DNA from: Lacisediminihabitans sp.
Lineage (GTDB): Bacteria; Actinomycetota; Actinomycetes; Actinomycetales; Microbacteriaceae
NCBI RefSeq assembly: GCF_036569425.1
Contig: NZ_DATCQQ010000019.1
Coordinates: forward strand, 378 to 64,377
Direction: 5' to 3'
DNA: 64,000 nucleotides
In this document: piece after piece, positions 20,020 to 28,538 of the stretch
How positions within the stretch are numbered: the stretch's first letter is position 1
Layout: the number at the start of each line of letters is the position of its first letter
Notes under the pieces: model-generated
Told to the model about the DNA's origin: nothing
Databases searched by the model: none
The model's input: only the letters and a program-made list of their open reading frames with translations
Made by a program: the position numbers and the translations under genes

Positions 20020-21087
20020 GTGAGGGTGGGGACAGTGAAGCAATACGGTACGAGATCGATGCTGCTGGGGATCGCCTGCGCCCTCGTGCTCGTGGGGATC
20101 GCGCTCGCGGTGATCACCCACGCCTCGCCGGGGAAGACTCCGGCGGCACGCACACCGAGCCCGACGCCCACGACGAGCGCCTCCCCCGCCACGGCGAGTC
20201 CCTCACCGTCCGCCGATTCCGACGTGTTCCCCGGCGGGCTCTACGTCGAGGCCGGCACGAACGCCGACGACGCCGCCAACCGGCTCGTGCAGGAGGGGCA
20301 GAAGAGCGCGGCGGCGCTCGTGAGCCGCATCTCGACCCAGCCGACCGCGATCTGGCTCGGCGAGTGGACCACCGGGCCGGCCCTCACCAAGCTGCTCGCA
20401 CAGCACGTTGCGGCGGCGAAGGCGGAGGGCACCACCCTCGTGTTCGTTACCTACGCCATCCCCAATCGGGATTGCGGCGGGTATTCGAGGGGCGGCCTCA
20501 GCTACGACAACTACCTGGACTGGAATCGCACGATCGCGACCACCCTCGCCGGCACGAAGTCCGTCGTGCTTGTGGAGCCCGACTCGCTATCCATGCTCTC
20601 GAGCGCGAAATGCGGAACCGAGGCCATCAAGCGGATACCGCTGATCAACGAAGCCGTCGACATCCTCGCCGGCGCCGGACTCACCACCTACCTCGACGGC
20701 GGGAATTCGCGCTGGCACTCCTCCCAGACCCAGGCGAAGGTGCTCAAAGAGGCCGGGATCGACCACGCGCACGGATTCTTCACCAACGTCTCCAACTTCA
20801 ACACCGTCCAGCAGGAGCGCGACTACGCGGGCAAGCTCTCCGGACTCGTCGGCGACAAGCACTACGTGGTCGACGTCTCCCGCAGCGGCAAGGGCTGGAA
20901 GGGCGACTGGTGCAACCCCAAGGGCGCCGGCCTCGGGCCGAACCCGCACGCCACGCCCAACGACGGCCGCCTCGACGCCGAGCTGTGGGTCAAGCACCCT
21001 GGCGTGAGCGATGGCACCTGCAACGGCGGGCCGGCCGCCGGCATGTGGTGGGAGCAGTACGCGCTCGACCTTGTTCGCAACGGCTGA
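20020..21087 (+). CDS. Glycoside hydrolase family 6 (endoglucanase-like), copy 1
   Basis: N-terminal TM/signal and P/T/S linker; QPTAIW, YAIPNRDCGGYS, VEPDSL (catalytic acid), YLDGG, NVSN, WVKHPGxSDG. Confidence 0.92.
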   Translation: MRVGTVKQYGTRSMLLGIACALVLVGIALAVITHASPGKTPAARTPSPTPTTSASPATASPSPSADSDVFPGGLYVEAGTNADDAANRLVQEGQKSAAALVSRISTQPTAIWLGEWTTGPALTKLLAQHVAAAKAEGTTLVFVTYAIPNRDCGGYSRGGLSYDNYLDWNRTIATTLAGTKSVVLVEPDSLSMLSSAKCGTEAIKRIPLINEAVDILAGAGLTTYLDGGNSRWHSSQTQAKVLKEAGIDHAHGFFTNVSNFNTVQQERDYAGKLSGLVGDKHYVVDVSRSGKGWKGDWCNPKGAGLGPNPHATPNDGRLDAELWVKHPGVSDGTCNGGPAAGMWWEQYALDLVRNG

Positions 21088-21204
21088 TCCGGTCGCTCGG
21101 CGCCCGAGACGCCGCCCGAACGGGGGCGAGACGCGCCGGCCACGTCGTGCTTAGCTGACCGCACACCCGATATCACACGTCATTGACGACTCATCGGGGG
21201 AACC

Positions 21205-22179
21205 GTGCACTTCAGAAGCAGAATCGCGCCGCTGGCAATCGCCGCGGCACTCATCGGGGCGGTCTGCGGCAGCCCGCTCGCCGCGTCGGCGGATGACCCG
21301 TCGGGTCCGGCGGTGTTCCCGGGCGGCCTGTACCACGAGGCGAAGACCCAGGCCTCGATCGAGGAAGACAGGCTCCGCGCCTCCGGCAACACGGAATCGG
21401 CCGACCTCGTGCACGCCATCGCGTCGCAACCCACCGCGGTCTGGCTCGGCGACTGGTTCAGCGACGACCTGCTCAGGCGGGTCATCGCCCGTCATGTCGC
21501 CGCCGCGAAGGACCAGGGGACGACGCTCGTGTTCGTCACCTACGCGATCCCCAACCGGGACTGCGGCGGCTATTCGGCAGGCGGCTTCGATGCGAGCCAG
21601 TATCTCGACTGGAATCGAACGATCGCCGACTCCCTCGCCGGGACAAGGGCCGTCGTGCTCGTCGAGCCCGATTCGCTCTCGATGCTCTCGAGCGCCAAGT
21701 GCGACGGGGAGGCCGCGAGGCGGCTGCCGCTCATCGGACAGGCCGTCGACATTCTGAACGGCGCGGGACTCACCGCCTATCTCGACGGGGGAAACTCGCG
21801 CTGGCTCTCCCCCGCTGTGCAGGCGGGCTGGCTCACCAAGGCCGGCATCGCGAGGGCGAACGGGTTCTACACGAACGTGTCCAACTTCAATCCGGAGCAG
21901 GCCGAACGCGACTACGCCGGGCGCGTCTCGTCCCGGGTCGGCTGGAAGCACTTCGTGATCGACACGTCGCGCAACGGCGCGGGCTGGACCGGCACCTGGT
22001 GCAACCCGCCTGGGGCGGCGCTCGGCCAGGGCCCGGGCGTCGTCTCCGGCACCGGAAAGCTCGACGCGCTGCTCTGGGTCAAGCACCCCGGCGCGAGCGA
22101 TGGCACCTGCAACGGCGGACCGGCGGCCGGAGCGTGGTTCGAGAGCGCCGCCCTCGACATGGTGCGCAAGCGGGGCTGA
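21205..22179 (+). CDS. Glycoside hydrolase family 6, copy 2
   Basis: Signal peptide ending ASA; the same GH6 motifs (YAIPNRDCGGYS, VEPDSL, WVKHPGASDG). Confidence 0.92.
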   Translation: MHFRSRIAPLAIAAALIGAVCGSPLAASADDPSGPAVFPGGLYHEAKTQASIEEDRLRASGNTESADLVHAIASQPTAVWLGDWFSDDLLRRVIARHVAAAKDQGTTLVFVTYAIPNRDCGGYSAGGFDASQYLDWNRTIADSLAGTRAVVLVEPDSLSMLSSAKCDGEAARRLPLIGQAVDILNGAGLTAYLDGGNSRWLSPAVQAGWLTKAGIARANGFYTNVSNFNPEQAERDYAGRVSSRVGWKHFVIDTSRNGAGWTGTWCNPPGAALGQGPGVVSGTGKLDALLWVKHPGASDGTCNGGPAAGAWFESAALDMVRKRG

Positions 22180-22194
22180 TCGGGCTCGGTGATG

Positions 22195-22629
22195 TCACGC
22201 ACGCTGCCGACGGACGCGTCGCGCGGCAGGCACGGTGATCACGAGCGCCGCAAGCACGCCGACGAGGGTGCCGAGAGAGTTGGCCGCGATGTCGCGCAGG
22301 TCTGACACCCGGCCCGGGATGAAGAGCTGCGCGCCCTCGATCGCGAGGGTGAGTACGACTCCGGCGCCCACGCCGAGAGGCCAGAGCCGTCGGCCGAATA
22401 GCAGCAGGAAGAAGACCCCGATCGGGATGAACATGGCGACGTTCGCGAGGAACTCCACCCGGGAGTAGGTGAGCCAGCTCGTGAGCTCGTGACCGGAAAA
22501 AAACCGCAGCAGCCGCCACAGCCACGCGTCGTTGTTGGACCCGATCGGCTGCGGGCCGAGCGTCACCCAGCCGACGAACGCGAGATAGGCGAGCGTCACC
22601 ATGGTCAGGAGCGGATGGCGGCGAAACAT
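22195..22629 (-). CDS. VanZ family membrane protein
   Basis: EFLANVAMFIPIG, IEGAQLFIPGRVSDLRDIAANSLG. Confidence 0.9.
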   Translation of the reverse strand: MFRRHPLLTMVTLAYLAFVGWVTLGPQPIGSNNDAWLWRLLRFFSGHELTSWLTYSRVEFLANVAMFIPIGVFFLLLFGRRLWPLGVGAGVVLTLAIEGAQLFIPGRVSDLRDIAANSLGTLVGVLAALVITVPAARRVRRQRA

Positions 22630-22666
22630 CCCTCCATCATGCCCGGCGATCCTGAACGACAGCGCC

Positions 22667-23299
22667 TCACTCCTCGATCCAGGGCGGCAGCGCCGGGCAC
22701 CGCTCGATCACCGGGCTCGACCCACTGCGGCCCACCCGATAGGTGACCCGGTTGTACGGGCTCCAGTGGTTACCGCGGTAGTACCCGAAGATGAAGGCGG
22801 CGCGGGCCGGCGTCTCGGGAACGGCGAGGCCGAACCCCCTCAGGCACGGCTGCAGGAATCCCACGTAGTAGTCGTACAGCGCGCCGAGTTGCGAGGGGCT
22901 GAGGTGGGAGTTGAAGACCGCTTTACGCGGGTACTCGACGTCGCACGCGTACTCCGCCACGTCGATGGCCGCGCGGTCCTGGCCGTCCGTCTCGACTCCG
23001 ATCGAACCGTCCGGCGACGCTCTCACGCCCAGCAGTCCCCGAGACTGCAGGCATCGCGTCATCAGGCGCACCCAGGTGCCCCCGCTCGCGATGTGCACGA
23101 TGTTCGCTGTCGGCCTCACGGCCTCGGGATGCAGGTGGGCGACGATTGCCCAGTTCAGGTCGAAGTGGCCCTGGATCTCGGTCATCCGCTGCCGGTAGCT
23201 CAGCGGAGTGGGAGGCGTCACCGGGCTCGCGCACCCGCACAGCACGGCAGGCAGAACGGTGACGACAATTGCGAGCAGGCACCTCACCTTCGTGGCCAC
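22667..23299 (-). CDS. Hypothetical 4-Cys lipoprotein (paralog A of a four-member family)
   Basis: Lipobox LCGC; CL..G, YAC, LYDYY...PCL, WSPY and ERCP motifs shared with the genes at 30950-32925. Confidence 0.8.
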   Translation of the reverse strand: MATKVRCLLAIVVTVLPAVLCGCASPVTPPTPLSYRQRMTEIQGHFDLNWAIVAHLHPEAVRPTANIVHIASGGTWVRLMTRCLQSRGLLGVRASPDGSIGVETDGQDRAAIDVAEYACDVEYPRKAVFNSHLSPSQLGALYDYYVGFLQPCLRGFGLAVPETPARAAFIFGYYRGNHWSPYNRVTYRVGRSGSSPVIERCPALPPWIEE

Positions 23300-23407
23300 G
23301 CGTCAATTCTGCCACCGGGGGTGCGACGAGGCCCAGGTGGCCGGGCAGTCACGAGAGGGGACCTTCGGCACTCCGCCGAGTCGGCCGGAGACCTAGCCTC
23401 GCCATAC

Positions 23408-23461
23408 GCTCTCGAGACAGGCGCTCTCGAGGTACTTGCTCCCGAGGCACACGCTCTCGAG
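23408..23461 (+). repeat. Four GCTCYCGAG units at an exact 15-bp period
   Basis: Units start at 23408, 23423, 23438 and 23453. Confidence 0.8.
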
Positions 23462-23476
23462 GCAGAGGGGCACGAG

Positions 23477-24214
23477 ATGAATCGTCGAGGTCGCTCCGGC
23501 GCCGTCGCGCTGCTCGCCCCGCTGCTGCTCCTGCTTGCCGGCTGCGTGCAGCCGGCGCCCGCGCCGAGCGCCAGCGCGACCCAGGGGCCGAGCCCTGCGC
23601 CGTCGAGCTCATCGGCGCCGGACAGCGACGAGACCGCCCAGCCCCGGAGCGGGGACCACGTCATCGCGTCGACGATCGGTTGCGACTGGCGAGTGCCAGC
23701 GCCGACCGCCGTGTGCTCGGCGAGCCACCCGGTGACGCCGCCCATCGCCTCACCGCCCGTGCCGCCCGTTCCATACCTGTACGCGATCGGCGAGGGCACG
23801 CATCCGAACGACTCACCGCCATACGACCAGCTGAGCTTTCGCTTCACGGGCGGATTCCCCAGCTACACGATTGACTACGTGAGCCAGCTCTCGATGGACG
23901 GCAGCGGCGACCCGGTTCCCCTTCCCGGGGCGGGATCCATCCTGAGCGTGGTCTTCCGAGATGCTCAGGCTCACGACGAGAACGGCCGGTCGACGGTCGT
24001 CAGTAAACCGCCGACGGCCATCGGCCACAAGGCCATCTCGCGCTGGGCCCCAGCGGGCGACTTCGAGGGAACGCTCACCTTCGGCATCGGCATCGGCGGG
24101 TCGGCCGACGCGGGCGTCCGCGTTCCGCTCCGCGTCTACGAGGTCGAGAAGATCGAGCTGGGCCAGCACCTGTACGTGGTCGCCATCCAGGTGGACCACA
24201 GCCGCTGGCGCTGA
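23477..24214 (+). CDS. Lipoprotein with actinobacterial AMIN-like domain
   Basis: Lipobox LAGC, P/S/A linker, then YDQLSFRF.G..PSY.I.YV..L..DGSG.PV...G...L.V.F..AQAH...GDFEG..TFGIG. Confidence 0.75.
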   Translation: MNRRGRSGAVALLAPLLLLLAGCVQPAPAPSASATQGPSPAPSSSSAPDSDETAQPRSGDHVIASTIGCDWRVPAPTAVCSASHPVTPPIASPPVPPVPYLYAIGEGTHPNDSPPYDQLSFRFTGGFPSYTIDYVSQLSMDGSGDPVPLPGAGSILSVVFRDAQAHDENGRSTVVSKPPTAIGHKAISRWAPAGDFEGTLTFGIGIGGSADAGVRVPLRVYEVEKIELGQHLYVVAIQVDHSRWR

Positions 24215-24226
24215 CCCCCCGATCCG

Positions 24227-24892
24227 CTACTGCGCTCCGTACGCCCCGATCGGGCTGAAACCGGCCGGCAGCGCGAACGGATCCTGCACCCGGCTCGACC
24301 GGTCGGAGTCGCGAACCTGGGCGGCGAGCTCGCCCGCCGCCCGCTCGATGCGCTCGGGAAGGGAACTGGTGGCGGCATCCGCCCCAGTGCCCCAGTCGCT
24401 CGACGCCGCGTAGACAGCGGTCGGAACGGTCGACGCGTGCAGGTAACTGAACAGCGGCCGGATCGCGTAATCGAGGGCGAGCGAATGACGCTCGCTGCCC
24501 CCGGTGGCCGCGATGAGCACCGGCATGTCGGCGAGCGACTGCGGGTCGAGCACGTCGATGAACGACTTGAACAGCCCGCTATAGCTCGTGGTGAAGATGG
24601 GCGTGACGGCGATCAGTCCGTCGGCGGTCGTCACCGACTCGATGACCGCCTCGAGCTTGTGGTTGGCGAAGCCCGTGAGCATGTTGTTGGTCACATCCTG
24701 GGCCGTGTCGCGAAGCTCGACGACGTCGACCGTCGCATCGACGCCCTGCTCAGCGAGCCGCCGAACGGTCGCCTGCGCGATCCGGTCGGCGAGCAGTCGA
24801 GTGGACGACGGCTGGCTCAGCCCCGCCGAGATCACCGCGATGCGGCGCGTGACCCGCGTTTCCCCGGAGCTCTTGCTCTCAAACCCGGTCAT
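24227..24892 (-). CDS. NAD(P)H-dependent FMN reductase (CE1759-like)
   Basis: SAGLSQPSSTRLLADR, TPIFTTSYSGLFKSFID, ATGGSERHSLAL. Confidence 0.9.
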   Translation of the reverse strand: MTGFESKSSGETRVTRRIAVISAGLSQPSSTRLLADRIAQATVRRLAEQGVDATVDVVELRDTAQDVTNNMLTGFANHKLEAVIESVTTADGLIAVTPIFTTSYSGLFKSFIDVLDPQSLADMPVLIAATGGSERHSLALDYAIRPLFSYLHASTVPTAVYAASSDWGTGADAATSSLPERIERAAGELAAQVRDSDRSSRVQDPFALPAGFSPIGAYGAQ

Positions 24893-26025
24893 GACCGCAC
24901 CTCACTCGTCGAAAGGGCGGAAGCCTCAGGAGAAGCGGCTGTTGCAGCAGCAGCGTCGCGGGCCGCGACGAGCGCCTCGTGCGTCGGGCCGTCAGGCACG
25001 TTCGCCGGGCGGTTCGTGGCGAACTCCTTGCGGAGCGCCGGCACGACCTCTCCACCGAGGATGTCGAGCTGCTCGAGCACTGTCTTGAGCGGGAGTCCGG
25101 CGTGGTCCATGAGGAAGAGCTGGCGCTGGTAGTCCCCGAAGTGCTCGCGCATGCCGGCGTAGCGGTCAATCACCTGCTGTGGGCTCCCGACGGTGAGCGG
25201 CGTCTGCTCGGTGAACTCCTCGAGCGACGGGCCGTGGCCATAGACGGGCGCCTCGTCGAAGTACGGCCGGAACTCGTTGACGGCGTCCTGCGAGTTCTTG
25301 CGCATGAACGCCTGCCCGCCGAGCCCGACGATCGCCTCGCTCGCCGTGCCGTGCCCGTAGTGCTCGAAGCGCTCGCGGTAGTAGCCGATGAGGCGCATGT
25401 AGTGCTCCTTCGGCCAGAAGATGTTGTTGGCGAAGAAGCCGTCGCCGTAGTACGCGGCCTGCTCGGCGATCTCGGGGCTGCGGATGGAGCCGTGCCAGAC
25501 GAAGGGCGGCACGCCGTCGAGCGGGCGCGGGGTCGACTGGAAGCCCTGGAGGGGCGTGCGGAACTTGCCCTGCCAGTCGACGTAGTCCTCCCGCCACAGG
25601 CGATGCAGCAAGGCGTAGTTCTCGATCGCGAGCGGGATGCCCTCGCGGATGTCCTTGCCGAACCACGGGTAGACCGGCCCGGTGTTGCCGCGACCCATCA
25701 TGAGGTCGACGCGGCCGTCGGCGATGTTCTGCAGCATCGCGTAGTCCTCGGCGATCTTCACCGGGTCGTTGGTCGTGATGAGAGTCGTGGAGGTGGAGAG
25801 GATGATGCGGTCGGTCTTGGCCGCGATGTAGCCGAGCATGGTGGTCGGGCTCGACGGCACGAACGGCGGGTTGTGGTGCTCGCCGAGCGCGAAGACGTCC
25901 AGGCCGACCTCTTCCATCTTCTGGGCGATGGTCAGGATGTTCTTGATGCGCTCGTGCTCGGAGGGAGTCGAACCGTTGGTGGGATCCGTCGTGAGGTCTC
26001 CGACGGTGAAGATTCCGAATTGCAT
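24889..26025 (-). CDS. Luciferase-like (LLM class) flavin-dependent monooxygenase (CE1758-like)
   Basis: MQFGIFTVGD, GEHHNPPFVPSSP, TTNDPVKIAEDYA, GRGNTGPVYPWFG, WHGSIRSPEIAEQAA. Confidence 0.93.
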   Translation of the reverse strand: MQFGIFTVGDLTTDPTNGSTPSEHERIKNILTIAQKMEEVGLDVFALGEHHNPPFVPSSPTTMLGYIAAKTDRIILSTSTTLITTNDPVKIAEDYAMLQNIADGRVDLMMGRGNTGPVYPWFGKDIREGIPLAIENYALLHRLWREDYVDWQGKFRTPLQGFQSTPRPLDGVPPFVWHGSIRSPEIAEQAAYYGDGFFANNIFWPKEHYMRLIGYYRERFEHYGHGTASEAIVGLGGQAFMRKNSQDAVNEFRPYFDEAPVYGHGPSLEEFTEQTPLTVGSPQQVIDRYAGMREHFGDYQRQLFLMDHAGLPLKTVLEQLDILGGEVVPALRKEFATNRPANVPDGPTHEALVAARDAAAATAASPEASALSTSEVRS

Positions 26026-26096
26026 GCTGCTGTCCAGTCCTGTTCTCGCGCGCGGAGGTCATCCGCTTTCCATGCATTTGCATGAATAGCCTACTC

Positions 26097-26122
26097 AACG
26101 GGGTACCGGGGAAGGTTATTCC
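26097..26122 (-). promoter_or_regulatory. SigH/SigR-type ECF promoter of the LLM-FMN reductase operon
   Basis: Minus strand reads GGAAT-N18-GTT exactly; a CATGCA-tt-TGCATG palindrome lies just downstream (26071-26084). Confidence 0.7.
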
Positions 26123-26164
26123 CGGCACCCGTCGGCGGCGCGAATCGCGACCTAGACGCCGATT

Positions 26165-27007
26165 TTAGGACGCGAGCGGGCCGAATGCCGAGGCCAGGGC
26201 GACGATCGATCTGGCCCGCGCGAGCATGGGCAGGTAGCTGCCGTCCCTCGCGTCACCGCTCGCCGTGCGGTCGAGCATCCCGGCAGCCCACTCGCGCTCG
26301 TCGGCCGAGGGGCTCAGCGCGTCGTTGATCAGCGCCGCGTGGTCGCCGCGCAGGGTGAGCTTGCCGGTGAGCCCCATGGTGCGGGAGTGCCGGGCGGCCG
26401 TCGTCAGGGCGTCCGCCGATTCGGTGATGGTCGGACCGTCGATCGCACCCGGGATGCCGGCGGCTGCGCTCGCCACGACGAGCCGCGACCGCGCGTAGGC
26501 GAGAGCGAGGGGGTCGTCCCCGACGCCGGTGTCCCGGCGGAAGTCGCCGGAACCGAACGCGAGCCGGAAGGTGCCGGGCGAGGCAGCGATGTCCGCCGCC
26601 GCCTCGAGGCCGCGCGCGCTCTCGACCAGGGCGACGATGCGCGTGCCGGTCGGCAGCCCGGCGGCAGTCGCCTCGATCTGCTCCGCCGACTCGACCTTGG
26701 CGAGCATGACCCCGCGGAGGCCGGTGATCCCGCCGACCGCGCCGAGGTCCGCGCTCCACTCGCCCGAGGTGGCGTCGTTTACGCGCACCCAGGCCGAACC
26801 GGTGGCGAGCCACCGAGCCGCGGCCTCCCGAGCCGCCGACTTTTGCGCCGCCGGCACCGCATCCTCGAGATCGATGACAACGGAATCCGCGAGCGTTCCC
26901 CGCGCCTCGTCCAGGCGCAGGGCCGAGACGAGCTGCCACGATCGCGCCAGCCGCGCGGGCACCACCCTTTCGGTGGTGCCCGCAGGGCCGCCGAGCGATA
27001 GGGTCAT
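26165..27007 (-). CDS. Second CitE-like CoA ester lyase
   Basis: VIDLEDAV, WVRVN, VMLAKVES, LVESARG, RLAFGSGDFRRD, IDGPT; ATGA overlap with the transporter gene. Confidence 0.85.
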   Translation of the reverse strand: MTLSLGGPAGTTERVVPARLARSWQLVSALRLDEARGTLADSVVIDLEDAVPAAQKSAAREAAARWLATGSAWVRVNDATSGEWSADLGAVGGITGLRGVMLAKVESAEQIEATAAGLPTGTRIVALVESARGLEAAADIAASPGTFRLAFGSGDFRRDTGVGDDPLALAYARSRLVVASAAAGIPGAIDGPTITESADALTTAARHSRTMGLTGKLTLRGDHAALINDALSPSADEREWAAGMLDRTASGDARDGSYLPMLARARSIVALASAFGPLAS

Positions 27008-28383
27008 CGACCGGTCCGGTCGGCGACGGCCTTCGTGCCGGCGCTCGCGTCAACGATCGCCTCGAGTTCCGCTGTCGTCGACGCCGGCTCGTGTCCGCCG
27101 CCAACCATCGACGCCTCGTCGAACGGTCGCTTGCCCGCGAGCACGAGCCGAACCTGCTCTGCGTCGATCTGGCGGGTCCAGCGGCCGATCAGCACCGTCG
27201 CCACCGCGTTCCCGGTGAAGTTGGTCACGGCGCGCGCCTCGGACATGAAGCGGTCGATGCCCACGATCACGCCGACGCCGTTGACCAGGTCCGGTCGGTA
27301 GGTCTGCAGGCCGCCGGCGAGAGTCGCGAGTCCCGCCCCGGTCACTCCCGCAGCGCCCTTGGAGGCGATGATCATGAACGCGAGCAGACCGATCTGCTCG
27401 CCGAGGGCCAGCGGAGTGCCCATCGCGTTCGCGATGAAGAGCGACGCCATCGTGAGGTAGATCGCGGTGCCGTCGAGGTTGAACGAGTAGCCGGTGGGAA
27501 CCGTGATTCCCACGACCGACTTCGACACGCCGAGGTGCTCCATCTTGGCGATGAGCCTCGGCAACGCCGCCTCGGACGACGAGGTGCCGACGATGAGCAG
27601 GTACTCCTTGCCGAGGTACTTCATGAGGGAGAAGATGTTGACGCCCGTCACGAGACGCAGCAGGCCGCCGAGAATCACCACGACGAAGATCGTGCAGGTG
27701 ATGTAGAAGCCGACCATGAGGGTCGCGAGGCTCACGAGCGCGCCGGCGCCGGTGTTGCCGACCACCGCCGCGATGGCACCGAATGCGCCGATCGGCGCCA
27801 GCCAGAGCACCATGCCCAGAACTCGGAAGACCACGGCCTGCATGCTCTTCACCGCCGCGAGCACCGGCGTGCCGCGGGAGCCGAGACCCTGGAGCGCGAA
27901 GCCGACGAGCAGGGCGACGAGCAGCACCTGCAGGATGCTTCCGGAGACGAACGACGAGAAGAGCGTCGTCGGGATGATGCCGAGGATGAAGTCGGTGGTG
28001 GTGACCGGCTCCCCCACCGCGGTGTATTTCGATGCGGCGATGTTGAGACCGTCGCCGGGGTGCAGGATGTTGCCGACGACGAGCCCGATCCCGAGCGCGA
28101 AGGTCGACATGATCATGAAGTAGCCGATCGCCAGCCCGCCGATCTTGCCGACGGTGGCCGCCTTGGCGATCGACCCGACGCCGATCACGATCGTGCAGAA
28201 GATCACCGGGGCGATCATCATCTTGATGAGGAAGACGAATCCCTTGCCGACCGGGTCGAGGGTCTTGGCGAACTCCGGGGCGGCGAGGCCGACGATTGCG
28301 CCGGCAACGACGGCCACGATCACCGCGATGTAGAGGTAGTGGTTTCGGTCCATGCGCCGAAGGGCGCCCAGCTTCTGTGCCAT
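27004..28383 (-). CDS. dctA: Cation:dicarboxylate symporter (DctA-like, DAACS family)
   Basis: LIKMMIAPVIFCTIV, GTSSSEAALP, PTGYSFNLDGT, SKGAAGVTG, GIDRFMSEARA. Confidence 0.9.
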   Translation of the reverse strand: MAQKLGALRRMDRNHYLYIAVIVAVVAGAIVGLAAPEFAKTLDPVGKGFVFLIKMMIAPVIFCTIVIGVGSIAKAATVGKIGGLAIGYFMIMSTFALGIGLVVGNILHPGDGLNIAASKYTAVGEPVTTTDFILGIIPTTLFSSFVSGSILQVLLVALLVGFALQGLGSRGTPVLAAVKSMQAVVFRVLGMVLWLAPIGAFGAIAAVVGNTGAGALVSLATLMVGFYITCTIFVVVILGGLLRLVTGVNIFSLMKYLGKEYLLIVGTSSSEAALPRLIAKMEHLGVSKSVVGITVPTGYSFNLDGTAIYLTMASLFIANAMGTPLALGEQIGLLAFMIIASKGAAGVTGAGLATLAGGLQTYRPDLVNGVGVIVGIDRFMSEARAVTNFTGNAVATVLIGRWTRQIDAEQVRLVLAGKRPFDEASMVGGGHEPASTTAELEAIVDASAGTKAVADRTGR

Positions 28384-28538
28384 GTTCTTGTCCTATTCAA
28401 TCGGAACGTCTTTGTGCCCGACCACGGTTCGTGGCGATGGCGTTAGCCTTGTCCCTCGGGTGACGCGGTACTACTTGTGGTCATACTGATCACGGCACGG
28501 ATCGATCGACACGGTCCGGCGAACACGGCGAGGTGGGC

